DNA of 61,368 nucleotides, counting the filler. It is 6 parts of 6 records of this genome, joined end to end, with 100 filler letters (N's around TTAATTAATTAA, not from the genome) between each part and the next. Parts side by side here need not be neighbours in the genome. Positions count along the whole stretch, not along the records: positions 1 to 8,687 come from DRR378314_798; positions 8,788 to 31,201 come from DRR378314_800; 4 more parts are not named here. One strand, written 5' to 3'. Shown here one piece after another: positions 1-12,380 of the stretch; positions within the stretch are counted from its first letter, which is position 1; each line of letters starts with the position of its first letter. The translations under genes were made by a program, and so were the position numbers. Under the pieces are notes generated by a model, which was not told where the DNA came from, made no database searches, and was given only the letters and a program-made list of their open reading frames with translations.

Positions 1-3000
1 ATTCGCTTGGCTATGGCACGCGTGTATCTATACCCAGCGTACCATTGTTTCTCGCACATCGCGCATGTCTTCCTCGATCTTTCTGGCCGAGCGCTGTAGT
101 TCCAGATCGCTCTCATTATTGTACTTTTTCTGTTAAAATGAATAAGTTGCAGCGGGAGTACATATTTGGCGCAGGAGCCCCGTGGGAGAACCTTCTCTGC
201 CCTTGCTGTCTTGGTTCTTGCTTTGCAGTATCCAAGGTAACGCCCAAATAGCTGACCAAGAAAGATACTTCGGACACACGCCATGCAGCCTCCTGCCATG
301 TGAACGAGATCAACGGTAATAATACTGGCTTGCACACAAATATGTTTTACGTGCGTGTACATACATTGGTGAAGGTGATCGACTGGCTGCCGATTTGCTC
401 GGTGTTCTCACGTTCGCTGCTTCCTGCATATGGATGTTGTTCGGCGCCTGATTTCGACAGGTGGAGCTGCTGGAGCGTCTGGATTTCCACGGTATTGTGT
501 GGCGAGAAAAGAACGATTTTCGATCAGATTGAAAGTCGAAGGTGAGCATTCTATGAAATTTGTGCAGCATAATACATAAACGAATTTTATACCTTCTGCA
601 AGGGCAAAGGCGCGAACCAGTCGAGACAAAAGTGGAGATTGCAGCTGCTCGGCGCTAGACATCGTACCCGCAAGTTCTTTTGTATCCTCTTTCCAATCCG
701 AATAACGAGAATGCGCCCATTTTTGGTTGATGTTTCCTTTTGAAGCGATGCAAGTTCTCTGGATGCCTCATTTAGCTCCCCTACGCTTTGGGCAACTGCG
801 CAGAGGCGAAAGCGTCGGACGTCGGAGCGCATTCTCAGAAGGTGGCTGACGGCGCTGCGGTCAACAGGACAGCATTGTAGCCTCCTTTCCCCAGTGAAAG
901 AATACACTTCATGATGCGTACTTATCTAAGAGTGACAAAAGTGAATCATTATGAGCGACATAAAAACGTATTGCAACAAAGTTTTCGCTAAATTGTTGGT
1001 TTTCCAGAGACGCGCACGGTGTCGGGAGGACGTGCTTTCCCCAGCTACCGCAGAGCCATTTTCTGCGCGCTACACCCGCCTGTCACGGGGGCTGTGGTAG
1101 ATATCGATCTGCTCTTCCAAGTGTCAGGATAATCAAAGAATAATACAATGCAGAGACATGAAGAATTTGGATCCTGTAGTATTGATGGAGGATGCGACGT
1201 ATAGGAGGAAACCGAGGATCACAACAGTCCTTTTTGAAACTAACCATGTTTGGCGCGCGAGGAACCATCGGCGTGCTGAGCCTTTGCGATGAGCGAGGAA
1301 ATCCTCTCAACCTTCTCGGCAAGTGCGTGCAGGCTACGACGGGTTGTAAGACAGCATTTCACATAAAGATAGAATAAGAACATTTTTTTTCGTTATCGAG
1401 AAAAGTAGCAAAGTCGGTAACTGTGTCTATCGCACTCTCGCGCCGGGTATGCTGTGGCAATGCCAGCTGGACAGCTGTTGCTTTTTGGAATTGTAGCACT
1501 TTCCGCACTTTCGTCTGCGCCGCCGGAGATGCGATTCTTGTGTTTTTGAGAGGCGCGCGGCGCATTTCATTGTGGTCGTATACAATATCACCCGTAATGC
1601 TGAGCAGGAGACAAGCAGTTTTCTGCGGGATGCCCAAATGACAACATACCGCGTGTCTGTATCAGGGAGGAGTGGCTTGGTCTCGTTGATGGCAGGAAGC
1701 GACATCGCTGCACAATTGGACTTGCAGTCTTTTTCCTGTTCCCGATGCGTAGCGCGTAAGCAAACGAAGCCCAAAACTTTCCGAATATTCAGTATCGAAT
1801 AAAGTATCCAAGAAAGAACGGCGATCGATAGTATTCAGAAATCGTTATCCAGCCTTGGTTTTTGTTGCAAAAGAAGGTCGGCAAGGACTGCAAGATTGGA
1901 AGGCTTTTCAGGTATCGTCGTCCCTGGAAGCTTTACCCTGCAGGCTGCAGTCGCGTGCAAGCTCGCCCGCCTCGCGCGGCAGCGCCAGTATTTCAGAAAA
2001 TCCTCCACAGGATTACAATAAAGACATGTACAGAATTACTGCAGAGACCTTGGAAAGGAGAGCAATTGACAAAGTACCGCTTGTGCAGATGCTGCAAGTG
2101 GCTATTGGGGAGCGGTGCGAGGAGACCCTGGTCCGTGAAGTAGTCGTGACGGCCCCTCCTACTGATCAAATCCAAACTTGAAATAAACAATTTGTATTGT
2201 CAAGTACCAATCGGTTAACAAACTAGGTTTAATTTATTACCCCACATCGGACGTCCCTCGTCGCCCAAATACGAGCTGCGGTCTGCAAGTGCGCGCTGCG
2301 TTCTTCTCAGGCAAGTTTTTGGTTCATCTCTTCCTGCTCCACCGTGGGTCTCAGCGCTGTGCTGTGCAGCGCTGGAGCTAGCGCCGAACGCTTGCCGAGA
2401 ACATGACGCCCGAGGAATTTGAAAAATATGATTTTCGTGCCCTCCCCGCCGTACAGGACCCATGCTTGTATCCCGAATTGCTGTACGTTTTCATCATGGG
2501 TCTCTTGCGAGGCTTTAGCGGCGAGAAGAAAGCGCGTCTTCTCTCGTGACATGTCTGCTGCTTAGCTTAGCGCACCACTGGCTCTCGCGTGCCGGTTCTA
2601 GCGCAAGAGCGGTACTTGTCCTCTTGCTTCGCCTGTATGTGTGTACGGAAGCACTTGCTTCAGCGTTCATAAGCTCCAGGTCGACGGAATATGAAGATGA
2701 TATCCTATGATGTCGCGTAGAGGGCTGATTTTTTTGGGCGTACTTTGTGGAGTTTATTGTGCCTTGCTGCACGTTGCCTCTTTGTACTGCACTTTCCCGC
2801 CGAGCGGCGCTCACGCAGTGGCCCGCCTTTGGCCCCCTGTAGCGCTGCGCGCGCGCTCGCTTGACTGCGCTTCGGATCACCGTCACCTGGAGTTTTCTTT
2901 GCACCTCTGCGGCCAATATCGTTTGCTGAGAAGTTTGATCATATTTCCACGACAGTTTCGTGGGACCGGGAAATAGTTTGGAGCTGTGATTTGTGACAGG

Positions 3001-3514
3001 GAGAAGGTGTGGCGTTGCCCTTTGGCGCTCCTCGTGGTTTGGACGTGGTGATCAACGTGTATTTCACGCGCAGCGGTTTCTCATGCCCCAACTTGCCCAA
3101 TTCTCCCTGCTCGTAGTGGTGGCAAATTTCTCAGCACAAGCAGCGCGAAGTAACATATAGATAGGATTCATAGGGAATTTGTTACGTTGCGTTCACCAGT
3201 GTGAATGGTCTATATGGGAAGTGGGGCGGTGCTGCTGCTTGGGACGCTGCGCTTGTGTTCGCTCTTTCGTTTCGCTGAGCGCTGCGCGCACACTGCCAGT
3301 CGTGGCGGCTCTCCGGCGCTGCGCGCAGTTTTGCCAGTCATTCCTTTTCCCGCACCCCTGCTCGCCTCGCGCGCGTTTTCGCATCCCTTCTGACGTTTGG
3401 TGTTTCCGCACGTATTCTTTCGTACATCGCGCTCATCCTGTGCGCAGAGAATGTTTCTCGAAACCTGCTGGCGGTCTTGCTCGTTTGGCGCGCGCTGACA
3501 AGCTGCGCCTGAGC

Positions 3515-6500
3515 ATGGAGCTTCGCGCGCTCCGAGACGCTGCGCGCGACGCGGCTGCGAAGATTGCGTACGTTTCCCTCTTGTCCTGCGTCGTGACAAG
3601 CATGCCGAACACCGTGGTGGAGTACTGCAATTTTGCTGTGCATTTCTTGAAGAGATTGACGAGTAGGTCCGAATGATCCAGCGCAGCCAAGAAAATTCCT
3701 GTGCGCGAGAATGGTTCTCTGCCAGCAAACGTCGAAAGGTGCTGCGAGCGCTGCTGGTCGCCCACGCCCGTGTTGTGGAGAGAGCGCCTTTTATGTGCGC
3801 ACGCGCCCCGCGGCGGGAGGGGGCGATTACTCACGAGACAATAGGTCACTGTAGCGGCGTACGGCTTTTTCCTACAGCGTGCTTCTCTTATGCGGGCCGC
3901 CGCGGAAGTTTACAGGCAGCCATAGGAATCCTCTTCGTCCTGCCGCTGCCGCTGCGAGTATTGGCACAGCGAGACCGCCGCCTTGTAGTTGCCGGTCGCC
4001 ATTGCTTCCTGGACAGCCTATTGTATCGCCGCTCCTTGCCCTTGGATGCGCTTGTGTTTATGTACGAGAAGCGTGGAAATCGATGCATTTGTCTGCGTTC
4101 ACGTGGGTATATTCGCTGTGGTCTGAAGGCGATCCATGAATGCTTCGTGCCATCCACTTGGTTGCTGCGCTGTGTTCCTTGCGGACGTTCAGGGAGGAGC
4201 ATAAGCGCGTCCGAAGGGCTGTGACGTCTTGTGGGTGGAAAGCGGAGCGGTACCGCCCCGACGGGTCGAAGAAGCGCAAGTACGCGCGGATGCGACTTGA
4301 AGAACTGGACGATTTTGCCCTTGAAGATATCAATGACTTGGAGACACTCGGCATTCTGCGCGAGCGCATTGTGAAAAAACTTCGCGAGTTCAAGTACGAC
4401 TTACATGACGAAGTCGACGGCGTGTCACTGCCGGAAGACGACCCTGCACTCGCCCCGCTTGACTCTGTGTCACCTTCTTCCGTCCGCCAACTAGTGAACG
4501 AAGAACAATTGCGCGTGCTTCACAATCGTCTCGTCAAGGTACTTTTCAAGCAGACACGAGCCTCTGTGGGCCTCTTTTCGCGACATACAACGGCTGAACG
4601 CCCTCTGTTGGATGGATCGAGGCGCGAGGCTTGCGCGCGCTTGCACTGCTTCGCTGCGCTGGTCTGCTGCAGTAACAGTGCTCTGTGCGGCCTTGCGAGC
4701 GAGTAACGACCCGATATCCTCCCGCACGCAACTGCGCAGCACCAGCATACACGCGTGTGATATACACATGCCATAGTAAATTGCAGCTTTGCTGCGTGTC
4801 CGCCGGGCGCACTCAAATAGTGCCCGATCTTTCCGCGCTGGTAAGGCGGAAGTGCGGCTCGGTACCCAGTCGGCCACGCGGCTGGCTCAGCGGGCTTGTA
4901 GTATGGGATGCTCACGTTCTCGTGTTCTAAGCTGCCATGTATTCTCTCTCTCCCATCACTGAACTGTAGGAACTCGAGCAATTACAGGAAGAGTCGCAAG
5001 CCTCTCGAGCTGCCGACGAAGAAGACGAGCGAGTCGAATCGGCGCGCATGCGCGAAGGCAGCACAAGCGATGCGGGCGCGACAGATGCCGAAGACGCTGG
5101 GGAGATCGAAAGCGACGAGCACGGCGGTAGCGGACTGACTTCGGGGGATCTTCCGGATCCGGCGGCTGTGCCTGTGATCGAGATTCCGACGCGTCCCGAG
5201 AAGCGCGTTGTGCAGCGCACTCCGCTGACTGAGATCCAGCGCAAGGCGTGCTTCTCCGTCCTCGATCAGGTTGTGCAATCCGAGGATGCTGCGCCCTTTT
5301 TGGAGCCTGTCGATTACAAAGCGCTGGGCATCCTCATGTATCCGCTAGCGGTGCGCGACCCAATGGACCTGGGAACGCTTCGCCAGAACTTGGAAAACGC
5401 CTCACCGGAGGGCCGAGTGTGCTCCGCCTCTGATTTTGTGCGTGACATCATGCTGATCTGGGACAACGCCATGTACTTCAATGTCGAGTTTTCTTCGCTG
5501 TACCAGAACGCGCAGCGCATGCGGAATATGACGCGCAGCTTGCTGGACGGTCACTCGTCGCTGCGCGGTGTGCGCCCAACTGCCGGGCGATCTGTACGCG
5601 AGCGGGCGGAGCGCCCGGCGTGGACTGCCAAAATGCTCGAAATGGTAGAGAATATCCTCGACAACCCGGTTTCCGCTCCGTTCCGCCTTCCTGTGGACGC
5701 CGATGCACTGGGCATTCCCCTGTACAAGGCGGTGGTGCGCGAGCCGAAGTGCCTCTTCGAAGTCTACGAGGGCCTACAAGAAGGCGAGTACGAGAGCGCC
5801 GAAGACGCCGCGTACGACATCCTCCTCGTTTTCCGGAACGCCGTCCTTTTCAACACAGATGGTCATCCGCTGTGCCAGAGCGCGCGTAAACTCGCGCTGC
5901 AGTTTCTGCACGCCGCCGACAAAGTGCCGGAGCTCGCCTGGTATCACGGTATGTCGCGGTCGCGCGATGTGATGAATGTGGAGTGGCGCTGGGCGTGTCG
6001 ACGGGTGCTACGGAATGTGCAGCGCACGTCCTTTTCGGTGCCGTTTCTTGCGCCAGTTGACGCAGAGGCGCTTGGCATTCCGGATTATTACAATGTCATC
6101 GAATCGCCCATGGATCTTGGCACGGTCGAGGAAAAGCTGCGCGCGAACTCGTACGCTTCGATGGCAGACTTTGCGCGCGACGTCGATCTCGTGTGGAAAA
6201 ACGCCATGACATTCAATAAGCAAGGCACCGAGATGTTTGCGATTGCGTCTTCGATGGAAATGGTGTTTGCGAAAGCGTACACGAAGGCGGTCGTGGATGT
6301 CCTTGCGAGCCAGCGCCACGCCGTGTGGTTCATTGCGCCTGTCGATCCGGATGCGCTGGGGATCCCGTGGTACCGCGAGATTGTAAAGCGCCCTATGGAT
6401 CTCGGAACCATATCGAAGAAGCTCGCGCGCAATGCGTATCGATGCGTTGCGGTGCTGGAACGCGACGTGCTGTTCATGGCTGAGAACGCGCTCGTGTTCA

Positions 6501-8472
6501 ATGAGGAAGGCTCCGAGGCCCACGAGGCGGCAAAGCGGATTCGCTCCCAGTTCAACCGCTGGATCGCTCCGGTTGTTGACCTTCCGTTTGTGCTGGGCGC
6601 AGGCGGAGCGGCCGCGCGCCGGACCACCGAAAGCACGCTGGAGGCGTACGCCAAGACAACGCGCGAAGCGAAAGCCGCTGTGCTCGAGCGCATAGCAAAG
6701 GAGCCGCGCAAAGCCGCTGCCGACGGCGCGGCGCCGTCCAGCGCCGAGAAACCAGGCGCGCCTGCGAAGCGCGGTGCGGCAAAGCAGAGCAGCGGCGTTG
6801 CGACGCCGCGAGCAAGCTCTACGCCGCGTGCTCGCGCCCCACCTGCGGCGCGCCGGAGCGCCCCATCTACCGGGGAGAAGACGGACGGTCGCAGCGAGCG
6901 CCCGACGCGCACGCTCCGCTCGGGAGCCGCCTCTGCGGCAGCGGCATCGACTTCCTCGCCAGGCGCAGAAACGCGCCCGGTGCCAGCCGCGCAGCGCTCG
7001 TTCGACCCATCGGGGACGCGATCCTCAGGAAGTCCACGGTCGCCGAGGTCGGTAGGCGGCGCGCAGGGAGGGGCGCGATCGCCCGACGAAGGATCTGCGG
7101 CGATTACGCGGCGGCGCAGCTCCGGGGCGATGAGCACCGAGAGCGAGGGCTCGCGGCCTGCGCAGGCGGGAACGCGTGACCGCAGCGCGCGGCGCCTTTC
7201 CGCGACAGGAATATCGGATACCCGCGGTAGCCAGAATGTGGACGATCGCACATCCAGTGCCGGTGACGGCACGGTACGTTGATCGCAGCGAGGTGGTCTC
7301 GGTGAGGGACGGGGGGACGCGCGCGCGCCCGCCCAGGTTCTTGCTGCCGTTTCTGCGCAGGGTCGCCACTGCGCTCGCTGGTCACGCGGCCGCATGGTGC
7401 AGTGTGGTATATGAACGACGGCGCAACGTGTCGGCTCGTATACCTTGCGCACGTCCGTTTGCATGCGTGTCATCTGCAGTGTTCGTTCATGCTGGTTATG
7501 TGATTGCGGAGCCACGCACGGTTCACTGCCTTGTTTTTTGTTACTTAATGCGGCACTTTGCTGCGCAAAAGGTGCTGTACTCGCAGCCTGCTGGGTAATG
7601 CAATCGAATCCCGTCTTGGCCGTTCTCCCAGTTTCGGTTAGTTTGTATCATCTACACCGCTGCGAATCGCCAGTGGCGCTCGTCAAGAGAGCAGAGACGT
7701 CATCCTTCGTTGACGAGTGTATCGTACGGCTGCTCGCCGTTGTTATTTTTTTTTCGTCTGTTGTTGTTGTTGCTGTTGCGGTCTATGCTGCTGTTGTATG
7801 CTGTGGCTCGCTCTTGTGCCGGTGCAGGGCGCCCGTCCCAGTGTGAAGCCAATAAATGCGAGCCTACTGGAACAGGCTGGCGAGGTGCTCGACCACATTA
7901 TGCAGTTGAAGAAAGCGGAGCCGTTTCTTGAGCTGGTTGACCCGGTCCGCGATGGCGTTCCGCACTACCACGAGATTGTCAAGATCCCCGTGTGCTTGCG
8001 GATGGTCAAAACCAGGCTGACCGGGGTGCGTTGCCAACCGCTGCTCCTCCCGCGATCCATACCTTGGCCACATAAAAATTTCTTGCAGCAGCGGCTACGT
8101 CTACATGTTCGCTACGAGAGCTGCGTTTTCTTTGAAGTGAAGAGAAGAAAACGTCAACGACCCAACTGGTGTAGGACGAGCGCGACTCGATACGCGCGTA
8201 CGTGAAATTGACTGGGTCTTGTTCTCGTGAATTGTGTTATTGTGTCCCTCGACTTGGCTGTGCAGGGAATGTATGTTTCCGTGGAAGAGCTCCAGCGAGA
8301 CATTCGCCTGGTGTGGTCGAACGCAATGCTTTTCAACCAAGATGGATCGTACATATTCAAGGCAGCTGAAGACCTCTCATCGAAGTTCGAACACGCAATG
8401 GAACAGTTGCAGAGCGGTTCCTCGGCGGGGCTCGTTCCCGCTTCGCCGAGGAATCGCGAACGCTCCTCCGCG
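3515..8472 (+). CDS. Eukaryotic multi-exon gene encoding a protein with at least 5 bromodomains (3' end runs off the contig)
   Basis: Hand-spliced GT-AG model that keeps frame: 3515-3567 and 3682-3738 (both tentative), 4193-4538, 4970-7273, 7828-8025, 8266-8472, then another donor GTGCGT at 8473. The 4970-7273 exon carries four bromodomains (PFxxPVD...P(M)DL...NAxxFN). A fifth is split by intron 8026-8265 (EPFLELVD...RLTG|GMYVSVEELQRDIRLVWSNAMLFN). Confidence 0.9.
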
Positions 8473-8687
8473 GTGCGTTACTCCCTTTTCCCCACCTGTC
8501 CCGCGCACACACAGAGCCAGTACCGTTGGATAGTAGCTTGCGCTCTCTGATGTACAAGAATGGTTGCGCTCACGACTCAGACTGTGCGCTGCGCGCCTTG
8601 TGGAGAAATGGGGTTGGGCGCTTTGGGACGCAGCCGGGGGCTTGGCGCGATCGCGATTCCCGTTTGCTTCTCCCTCGCACGTCCGAG

Positions 8688-8787
8688 NNNNNNNNNNNNN
8701 NNNNNNNNNNNNNNNNNNNNNNNNNNNNNNNTTAATTAATTAANNNNNNNNNNNNNNNNNNNNNNNNNNNNNNNNNNNNNNNNNNNN
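8688..8787. other. Artificial contig linker
   Basis: 44 N + TTAATTAATTAA (stops in all six frames) + 44 N. Confidence 0.99.
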
Positions 8788-9151
8788 AATCACCGCTAGC
8801 CAGCGGCACGGCAATGGCGCGCCCCGCTTCCGCCAAGCCTTTTATAGCCAGCGTTGTCGCCAGCAACCAAAGCTCGGCAGCTAGCCCAAGCCAAGGGTGC
8901 ACCCAAGTCAGTAGCTCCAAACTCAGCCAAGCGAAACTAAACGTGCCCAGCACAATGGTGGCGGTGAGTAAAAAGCCTAAGAGCCGACGGCGCTTGTCAC
9001 TCCCCTGGTTCCAGCGCTGCTCAAGTACGCTGATGGCACGCCCAATTATGACCACTGGGTGCGGCAACGAACGCGGGTCACCAACGACTAAGTCGATGAC
9101 AATCGCCAGTGCAACAATAACGATCCCGCCATACATGAAGTTTCCAGTCAT
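8788..9151 (-). CDS. cbiB: Adenosylcobinamide-phosphate synthase CbiB/CobD (3' truncated)
   Basis: Hydrophobic N-terminus with DLVVGDPRSLPHPVVIIGRAI motif; overlaps the cobT stop. Confidence 0.9.
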
Positions 9152-10197
9152 GGCGCACTATTATCGTGAATACCCGCATCGGCAAAGGTGGCCATCTCAC
9201 TGAGCATCGCGGCAGCGGCCTGCAATAACGGAAACGCCAATGCCGCGCCACTGCCTTCTCCCAGGCGCATTCCCAAGGCTAACAGCGGCGAGGCATCAAG
9301 TGCCTCAAGGGCCGTGGCATGGCCAGGCTCTTCAGAGCGATGCCCAAAAATCAAATAACCACGTACCGCCGGACATAAACGGCAGGCCGTCAGGGCGGCT
9401 ACCGTAGCAATAAAGCCATCCACAATGGCAGGCAGTCGGTTTGCCGCCGTGGCCAAATAAGCCCCTGTCATGGCAGCGATCTCTAACCCGCCGAGCTTGG
9501 TTAGCACCTCCATGGGGTCTTCGGCATTGGCTTGGCGTGCCTTTAGCGCCCGCTCGATCACCGCTACTTTATGGGCCTGCTGGGCGCTGTTAATACCGGT
9601 GCCAGCGCCCACCAACTGGGCCACTGGCTTACCGGTTAGCGCCGCCAGCATAGCGCTGCTTGCCGTGGTATTAGCAATACCCATTTCACCAGCAATAATG
9701 CATTTCGCGCCCGCCTGAACGGCTCGCTCAACGGCTTCGCAGCCTACCTGTAACGCAGCCAGCGCTTCGTCACGGCTCATGGCATCTTCAAGCACCATAT
9801 TGGCGGTGCCCGCGCGCACTTTGGCATCAATCACGCCAGGCATTGCTAGCGGTGACGCAACACCAACATCCACAACCTCAATCTGGGCACTAATTTGTCT
9901 GGCAAAGACATTGATCGCCGCCCCGCCATGGGCAAAGTTAGCCACCATTTGCGCCGTCACTTCTTGTGGAAAGGCCGACACGCCCTCTTCAGCAACTCCG
10001 TGATCAGCAGCAAAAACAATGATCGCCGGTGGCGTGATGCTTGGCTGACATTCACCAGTGATCTCACTAAGCGTAACGGCCAATGCCTCTAACTGGCCGA
10101 GGCTGCCCGGCGGCTTAGTGAGCGTATCAATATAGCGAAGCGTTAATGCGCCAGTGTGACTATCAAGTGGCGTGACTTGGTTAACGATGGGATGCAT
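9148..10197 (-). CDS. cobT: Nicotinate-nucleotide--dimethylbenzimidazole phosphoribosyltransferase
   Basis: LTKPPGSLGQLE, FAADHGV, GEMGIANTT and MRLGEGSGA motifs. Confidence 0.97.
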   Translation of the reverse strand: MHPIVNQVTPLDSHTGALTLRYIDTLTKPPGSLGQLEALAVTLSEITGECQPSITPPAIIVFAADHGVAEEGVSAFPQEVTAQMVANFAHGGAAINVFARQISAQIEVVDVGVASPLAMPGVIDAKVRAGTANMVLEDAMSRDEALAALQVGCEAVERAVQAGAKCIIAGEMGIANTTASSAMLAALTGKPVAQLVGAGTGINSAQQAHKVAVIERALKARQANAEDPMEVLTKLGGLEIAAMTGAYLATAANRLPAIVDGFIATVAALTACRLCPAVRGYLIFGHRSEEPGHATALEALDASPLLALGMRLGEGSGAALAFPLLQAAAAMLSEMATFADAGIHDNSAP

Positions 10198-10377
10198 AGC
10201 AGCTCCAGGGCAGCAATCGAATTCATTTTGCGCAAGATGGTAGCAAAAGCGCGGCTGCTATACTTGCGCTTTAAGCTGCTTCAACACGCAACAACCCTAT
10301 CCGGGGACGGATTGCCCTGTTAGCGGTAATGTTCATAAAAGCATCATCATTTACGACGATAGTTGCTATCAACCAGG

Positions 10378-10454
10378 GGTAATAAAACTACAAATATGGT
10401 TTTTATTGCCGTAAAGTCTCTTATATCGACACAAAAAGATGTAAAATAACTACA
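10378..10454 (+). promoter_or_regulatory. Two putative HexR operators upstream of edd
   Basis: GGTAATAAAACTACA (10378-10392) and TGTAAAATAACTACA (10440-10454) fit TGTA-N7-TACA; the same motif occurs twice before zwf. Confidence 0.75.
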
Positions 10455-10490
10455 AACTTGACTCACCGTCTCTACCATGCAGAGGTCTCT

Positions 10491-12380
10491 ATGCCGAGCT
10501 CAACACCCGCTACTTTAAATCCTACCGTTGCAGAGGTTACCCAACGCATTCGTGAGCGCTCTGCTGAGCGGCGTGCTCTCTATGAGCAACGCATGGCGGA
10601 CCAGCATAAGCGTGGTGTGCACCGTGCAGAGCTATCCTGCGGTAACCTGGCCCACGGCTTTGCCGCGTGTAGCCCCCAAGAGAAAGACTCCCTGAAGCTA
10701 ATGAACAGCGCCAACTTGGGGATCATTTCTTCTTATAACGATATGCTGTCGGCCCACCAGCCGTTTGAAACCTTTCCGGAAACCATCAAAGCCGCTGCTA
10801 GCGCCATGGGCTCAACCGCCCAGTTTGCCGGTGGTGTTCCTGCCATGTGTGATGGAGTTACCCAAGGGCAACCGGGCATGGAACTGTCGCTGTTTTCCCG
10901 CGATGTGATTGCGATGGCTGCTGCGGTTGGGCTTTCACACAACATGTTTGATGCTGCCCTTTATCTGGGCGTGTGCGACAAGATTATCCCTGGTCTGTTT
11001 ATCGCAGCGGCACGCTTTGGTCACCTGCCTGCTATGTTCGTACCCGCCGGCCCAATGCCCAGCGGCCTGCCGAACAAAGAGAAAGCGCGCATCCGTCAGC
11101 TATACGCAGAAGGCAAAGTGGGCCGCGAAGAACTGCTGCAAGCGGAGTCTGACTCCTATCATAGTCCTGGCACCTGCACCTTCTACGGCACTGCCAACTC
11201 AAACCAGCTGATGATGGAAGTGATGGGGCTTCACCTGCCAGGCACCTCGTTTGTGAACCCAGGCACGGAAATGCGCGAAGCCCTGACCCGCTACGCGACC
11301 GAACAGGCTATTCGCAACACTGAACCTGGCGGCGACTACCGCCCTTTCTATAAGCAGATCGATGAACGCGCCATCGTCAACGCGGTGGTAGGTTTATTGG
11401 CATCTGGCGGTTCAACCAACCATACGATGCATTTGATTGCCATGGCCGCTGCGTCGGGTATTACGCTGAACTGGGACGACTTCACAGATCTCTCCGCCGT
11501 AACGCCCAGCCTGATGCAGGTATACCCTAACGGCCAAGCAGACATTAACCACTTCCAGGCGGCAGGCGGCATGAGTTACCTGTTCCGCGAACTGCTGGGT
11601 GCTGGCTTACTGCACGGCGATATCCCGACGGTGTTCGGCACCGACCTGACGGCCTACACACAAGAGCCCTTCCTGGAAAATGGCAAAGTGGTTTGGCGTG
11701 AAGGTCCAGAAAGCAGCTTAGATGAAAACGTTTTACGCCCAGTCGCTACCCCCTTCGCAGCGACTGGCGGCCTAACCGTAATGAAAGGCAACCTGGGACG
11801 CGGCGTGATCAAAGTATCCGCCGTTGCCGACGAACATCGTGTAGTAGAAGCACCGGTGAAAATCTTCGCCGACCAGAACGAAATGAAGGCTGCGTTTGAA
11901 TCCGGCGACTTAGATCGCGATGTCATCGTTGTGGTGCGCTTCCAGGGGCCAAAAGCCAATGGCATGCCGGAACTTCACAAACTGACGCCGTTCCTGGGCG
12001 TACTGCAGGACCGTGGCTTCAAAGTGGCACTGGTGACTGATGGCCGTATGTCTGGCGCGTCAGGTAAAGTGCCCGCAGCGATTCATATCAGCCCAGAAGC
12101 ACTGGACGGTGGCCCGCTATCGAAACTGCGCGACGGCGACATTGTGCGCCTGGACGCCAACGCAGGTACGCTGGAAGCCAAAGTAGAGGCGGCTACCTGG
12201 GCCGATCGCGAGCGCGTAGTGGCGAATTTGGACCACTACCACGTTGGCCTAGGCCGCGAACTGTTTAGCGGCTTCCGCCACCTGGCCATGCGTGGCGAAG
12301 AAGGCGCAGGCTCGCTGGGCGGCTTTGAAGCCGATGATCTCGCTCGCCAACAGGGCCAGATTCTTCAAGAGGATGCCTAA
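10491..12380 (+). CDS. edd: Phosphogluconate dehydratase
   Basis: [42 protein letters not shown] at 10491 after an AGAGG RBS. Confidence 0.98.
   Translation: MPSSTPATLNPTVAEVTQRIRERSAERRALYEQRMADQHKRGVHRAELSCGNLAHGFAACSPQEKDSLKLMNSANLGIISSYNDMLSAHQPFETFPETIKAAASAMGSTAQFAGGVPAMCDGVTQGQPGMELSLFSRDVIAMAAAVGLSHNMFDAALYLGVCDKIIPGLFIAAARFGHLPAMFVPAGPMPSGLPNKEKARIRQLYAEGKVGREELLQAESDSYHSPGTCTFYGTANSNQLMMEVMGLHLPGTSFVNPGTEMREALTRYATEQAIRNTEPGGDYRPFYKQIDERAIVNAVVGLLASGGSTNHTMHLIAMAAASGITLNWDDFTDLSAVTPSLMQVYPNGQADINHFQAAGGMSYLFRELLGAGLLHGDIPTVFGTDLTAYTQEPFLENGKVVWREGPESSLDENVLRPVATPFAATGGLTVMKGNLGRGVIKVSAVADEHRVVEAPVKIFADQNEMKAAFESGDLDRDVIVVVRFQGPKANGMPELHKLTPFLGVLQDRGFKVALVTDGRMSGASGKVPAAIHISPEALDGGPLSKLRDGDIVRLDANAGTLEAKVEAATWADRERVVANLDHYHVGLGRELFSGFRHLAMRGEEGAGSLGGFEADDLARQQGQILQEDA

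Noticed and set aside
1-3500. Possible multi-exon minus-strand eukaryotic gene, with exon-like pieces near 365-550, 1245-1335 and 2240-2550
   Set aside because: Some GT/AG candidates exist, but I could not build a frame-consistent model or recognise a domain.
6088-7515. 475-aa antisense ORF
   Set aside because: Shadow of the GC-rich bromodomain exon, with no independent motifs.
7738-7805. Poly-Cys, poly-Val and poly-Leu ORF segments
   Set aside because: GTT/GCT microsatellite inside intron 7274-7827.
10198-10370. Cobalamin riboswitch upstream of cobT
   Set aside because: No B12-box or other conserved core sequence is visible on the minus strand.
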